Positions 61,475 through 64,000 of a stretch of DNA of 64,000 nucleotides are shown here, piece by piece. The position numbers and the translations under genes are program-made. Each line of letters begins with the position of its first letter. Positions within the stretch are counted from its first letter, which is position 1. The notes beneath the pieces were generated by a model, which saw only the letters and a list, made by a program, of their open reading frames with translations, had not been told where the DNA came from and ran no database searches. Origin of the DNA: Alphaproteobacteria bacterium (GTDB lineage: Bacteria > Pseudomonadota > Alphaproteobacteria > JAREAF01); the NCBI GenBank assembly GCA_035620695.1, contig DASPGI010000066.1:40163-104162 (forward strand), written 5' to 3'.

Positions 61475-63067
61475 ATGTCCCAGTCAAAATCGACGGCCAT
61501 CGAATGGATCGACTCCCGGCGCGCCCAGTGGTCCGATTGGCACCAGCTCATCTGGAACTTCGCCGAAACCGCCTGGCGCGAATATCACTCCGCCGCCTGG
61601 TATGTGGATCTGTTGAAAAGCGAAGGTTTCGCCGTGGAGGCCGGCAGCGCTGGAATGCCCACCGCCTTCTCCGCGCTCTGGGAGAACGGAGCCGGCCCGA
61701 CCATCGGCGGCTATGCCGAATATGACGGCGTGCCCGGCAACTGCCAGGCCGCGGACATCGTGCGCCGTCCGCGCGACGGCCTCAGCCCCTATGCGGGCGG
61801 CCACACCGACCCGCATTCGGCCTTGGGGATCTCCGCGCTCGTCGGAATCCTTGCGGCGAAGGAGGCGATGACCCGGCACAAAATCCGAGGCCGCCTCAAG
61901 CTCATCGGCGAGCCGGCCGAGAAGGTTCGCGGCTCGAAGCCGATCCATGCCGCCGCCGGCTATTATGACGATCTCGACGCGGCGATCAGCTTCCATCCCT
62001 TCTACATGCTGCCGCTCTGCAACACCGTCCGCTGGAACACCCATTGCGGCGTCGGCTACGCCGCCATTTACACCTTCACCTGCGACAGCCCCGAGACATG
62101 GATGGCGGCGGAAGCGGATTCGCCGATCCCGGCCTATCACAGCGCCGCCCGCGCGCCTGGCGCCAACGACGCGCTCTTCCAGATGTACCTCTCCGGCAAG
62201 GCGCTCAAGGAACACATCCTCTCGAGCGGCACGAGCTGGTCGATGAATGAGGCCATTCTCACCGCCGGACAGGCGACCGCGGACAATATTCCGGCGCAGA
62301 TGGCGCAGATCACCTACATAGCCCGAGTGCCAACCATCGCCATGGCCGAGCATGTGTTCAAGGCGCTCGATCATTTCGCGGAATCGGCGGCGCGAACGGC
62401 CCATTGCTCATGGCGGCGCGACTGGGTCTCGAAGAGCCGGCCGGGGCTGCCCAATCACGTGATGGCGCGCACCACCTACGACAATCTTGAGCGGGTCGGT
62501 CCGCCCCGATTCGGTGACGAATCGATCGCGCTGGCGAATGGAATCCGCCGGTCGCTTGGACTGGTGCCCTCGAACGCGCCCTTCCTTGCCGACATAGAGC
62601 GCCTGCGCAATCCGGAGGAGGCCGAAACGGAGCTACGCCGCTTGCTCCCGCCCTCACAGGAGCATTTCACCTCCGACGACTACACGGAATATTGCTGGCA
62701 TGCGCCGACCGTCAGACTGTATGTCGGCCGCCCCACGCTTGCGCCGCGCCCGGACGGGATCGGCTATCCGACATGGGTCATGAATGCGCTGGGAGGCCTT
62801 GCGCCTTGCATCGATCCGATGATCGAGGTGGCGGCCAAGACGATCGCCTTCACCGCCCTTGATCTTCTGGAGGACCGTGAGCGGCTCTCGGCCGCGAAGG
62901 CCGAATTCCAGGACCGGACCGGTGGCGGTGTCGGCGGCAGCCGCTGGATCGCTCCGCTCTGCGACTACGACCCGCCGATCCACTTCCGCTGGCCCGAATA
63001 TGTGAGCACGCCCCGTGGCCGCGTGGAGTGGGTCATACCCGCAAATCCCCGCGACGCGGCCGGTTGA
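61475..63067 (+). CDS. M20-family amidohydrolase (AbgB / aminobenzoyl-glutamate-utilisation-like)
   Basis: 530 aa with the two-domain M20D layout (dimerisation insert). Metal-ligand-like His/Asp/Glu blocks (GGHTDPH ..., ...GEPAEK...). Confidence 0.8.
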   Translation: MSQSKSTAIEWIDSRRAQWSDWHQLIWNFAETAWREYHSAAWYVDLLKSEGFAVEAGSAGMPTAFSALWENGAGPTIGGYAEYDGVPGNCQAADIVRRPRDGLSPYAGGHTDPHSALGISALVGILAAKEAMTRHKIRGRLKLIGEPAEKVRGSKPIHAAAGYYDDLDAAISFHPFYMLPLCNTVRWNTHCGVGYAAIYTFTCDSPETWMAAEADSPIPAYHSAARAPGANDALFQMYLSGKALKEHILSSGTSWSMNEAILTAGQATADNIPAQMAQITYIARVPTIAMAEHVFKALDHFAESAARTAHCSWRRDWVSKSRPGLPNHVMARTTYDNLERVGPPRFGDESIALANGIRRSLGLVPSNAPFLADIERLRNPEEAETELRRLLPPSQEHFTSDDYTEYCWHAPTVRLYVGRPTLAPRPDGIGYPTWVMNALGGLAPCIDPMIEVAAKTIAFTALDLLEDRERLSAAKAEFQDRTGGGVGGSRWIAPLCDYDPPIHFRWPEYVSTPRGRVEWVIPANPRDAAG

Positions 63068-63179
63068 TAGGTGTCGAGTCCGTGCCCGACGGCGTGACGG
63101 TTAGGGCAGGTCGTGTTCATTTCCAGTCTCGTAGCCCTCATCGCAATGTCGCAGGTCACCCCCACCCGGCGCGTTCCGC

Positions 63180-63262
63180 GCCGACCTCCCCCCTCGAGGG
63201 GGAGGTGAAATTATGGTGCCGCAGCAATGACTTGCCCCCCCTTGAGGGGGAGGCCGCGAGCG
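63180..63262. repeat. GC-rich palindromic direct-repeat element (two copies of a CCCCCCTYGAGGGGGAGG motif)
   Basis: GACCTCCCCCCTCGAGGGGGAGGTG (near-perfect palindrome) and TTGCCCCCCCTTGAGGGGGAGGCC about 50 bp apart in the convergent intergenic region. Pseudo-translation gives PLEGEV / PLEGEA. Confidence 0.45.
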
Positions 63263-63324
63263 GGACGCGAGCGGGAGGGGGTGCGGGAGAGCACGCTTCC
63301 GATCACCCTTGAACGGAACGTGCT

Positions 63325-64000
63325 CTAGCGCAGGCCCGCCTCGGCTGGCTGAGCGGGCGACCGGGCGAGAGGGCCGATGGTCGGCCGGTCGCGCAGATGG
63401 CCGCTCAAGCGATGCTCCATCCTGCGGAACATCCAGACCAAGGAATAGGTGACCGTCAGATACATGAGCGCGATGGTGATGTAGAGCTCATAGAAGGCGA
63501 AAGTGTTGCTGATGATCGCCTCGGCGGTGCCGGTCAGCTCCTGGATGGTGACGATGCTCGCGATGGCGCTGGCCTGCAAAGTCAGAATCACTTCATTGGC
63601 GAAAGCGGGCAGCGCATACCGGAACGCGCGCGGCAGGACGATGCGCCGCAACAGCAAGGACCGGCTCATGCCAACCGACTTCGCCGCCTCGACCTCGCCA
63701 TGCGGCACCGCCAGGATGGCGCCTCGGAAGATCTCCGTCTGATAGGCGGCTGTGTTCAGCGTGAAAGTAAGTACCGCGCAGTACCAGGGCTCTCGCAGGA
63801 ACGGCCAGAAGACGCTTTCCTGAATCCCGGGGATCTGCCCGCTGCCGTAATATATGAGGTAGAGCTGCACGAGGAGCGGGGTGCCACGCATCACATAGAC
63901 ATAGGCATAGACCGGCATCCAGGCGATGGGATTGCGCGAAACGCGCAACAGCGCAAGCGGCACCGCCACCACGAAGCCGAGTGCAAGCGATATTGCGACC
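63325..64000 (-). CDS. Polar amino-acid ABC transporter permease (His/Glu/Gln/Arg/opine family). Truncated at the right window edge.
   Basis: The listed ORF 63325..63972 is 215 aa with no start before the window end. It carries an EAA-like loop (...EAAKSVGMSRSLLLRRIVLPRA...). Confidence 0.85.
   Translation of the reverse strand, partial: VAISLALGFVVAVPLALLRVSRNPIAWMPVYAYVYVMRGTPLLVQLYLIYYGSGQIPGIQESVFWPFLREPWYCAVLTFTLNTAAYQTEIFRGAILAVPHGEVEAAKSVGMSRSLLLRRIVLPRAFRYALPAFANEVILTLQASAIASIVTIQELTGTAEAIISNTFAFYELYITIALMYLTVTYSLVWMFRRMEHRLSGHLRDRPTIGPLARSPAQPAEAGLR

Noticed and set aside
63180-63262. Two direct copies of CCCCCCTYGAGGGGGAGG as a possible CRISPR array
   Set aside because: Only two imperfect copies, no cas genes, and each copy is itself palindromic. 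This is a REP-like element, not CRISPR.

Overview
This is a high-GC (~63-66%) chromosomal segment that looks like it comes from an alphaproteobacterium, probably a Rhizobiales member. It is densely packed with coding sequence, mostly on the minus strand. There are no insertion sequences, integrases, phage genes or CRISPR arrays, so it reads as core or accessory metabolic DNA rather than a mobile element.

Main recognisable blocks, from left to right:
- A pta-ackA-fabI operon (truncated fabI start at the left edge), preceded by a small ORF and a large DUF3141 alpha/beta-hydrolase-like gene.
- A run of transporter and envelope genes: SulP sulfate permease, CaCA Ca2+/H+ exchanger, VIT1 iron transporter, AI-2E transporter, MipA, DUF4105, SYLF, a family-3 substrate-binding protein, a PhyH dioxygenase and a predicted outer-membrane protein.
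- A complete arginine deiminase operon, arcD-arcA-arcB-arcC. It continues into an NhaC-family antiporter gene and has a perfect FNR/ANR-type palindrome upstream.
- A divergently transcribed porin, an MltF-like lytic transglycosylase, a cytoplasmic PAS-PAS-HWE histidine kinase and a DUF2182/DUF1326 gene pair.
- A nine-gene catabolic cluster: a PotABCD-like ABC importer, an isochorismatase-family hydrolase, a GH63/GDE-like six-hairpin glycosidase, a PfkB kinase, a HAD phosphatase and a threonine-dehydratase-like PLP enzyme.
- A second FtsH paralog, a Sel1-repeat protein, a hybrid sensor kinase, an aminotransferase, two SAM-dependent methyltransferases, a quinone oxidoreductase and a Rhizobium-type asparaginase II.
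- A SpoU/TrmH methyltransferase, an IalB-family protein, rlmN, and argG flanked by two paralogous polytopic membrane proteins of unknown function.
- nnrU, folD, yggU/yggT homologs, tRNA-Ala(CGC), an SDR oxidoreductase, an M20 amidohydrolase and a truncated amino-acid ABC permease at the right edge.

Two GC-rich palindromic intergenic repeat elements (REP/RIME-like) are present. The most novel candidates are the paralogous membrane-protein pair bracketing argG behind an AT-rich palindrome, the arc operon with an extra NhaC-type antiporter, the DUF3141/orfA genes ahead of pta-ackA, and the nine-gene catabolic locus of unknown substrate.

All calls come from reading the supplied ORF translations and the raw sequence for motifs. 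No database search was possible.
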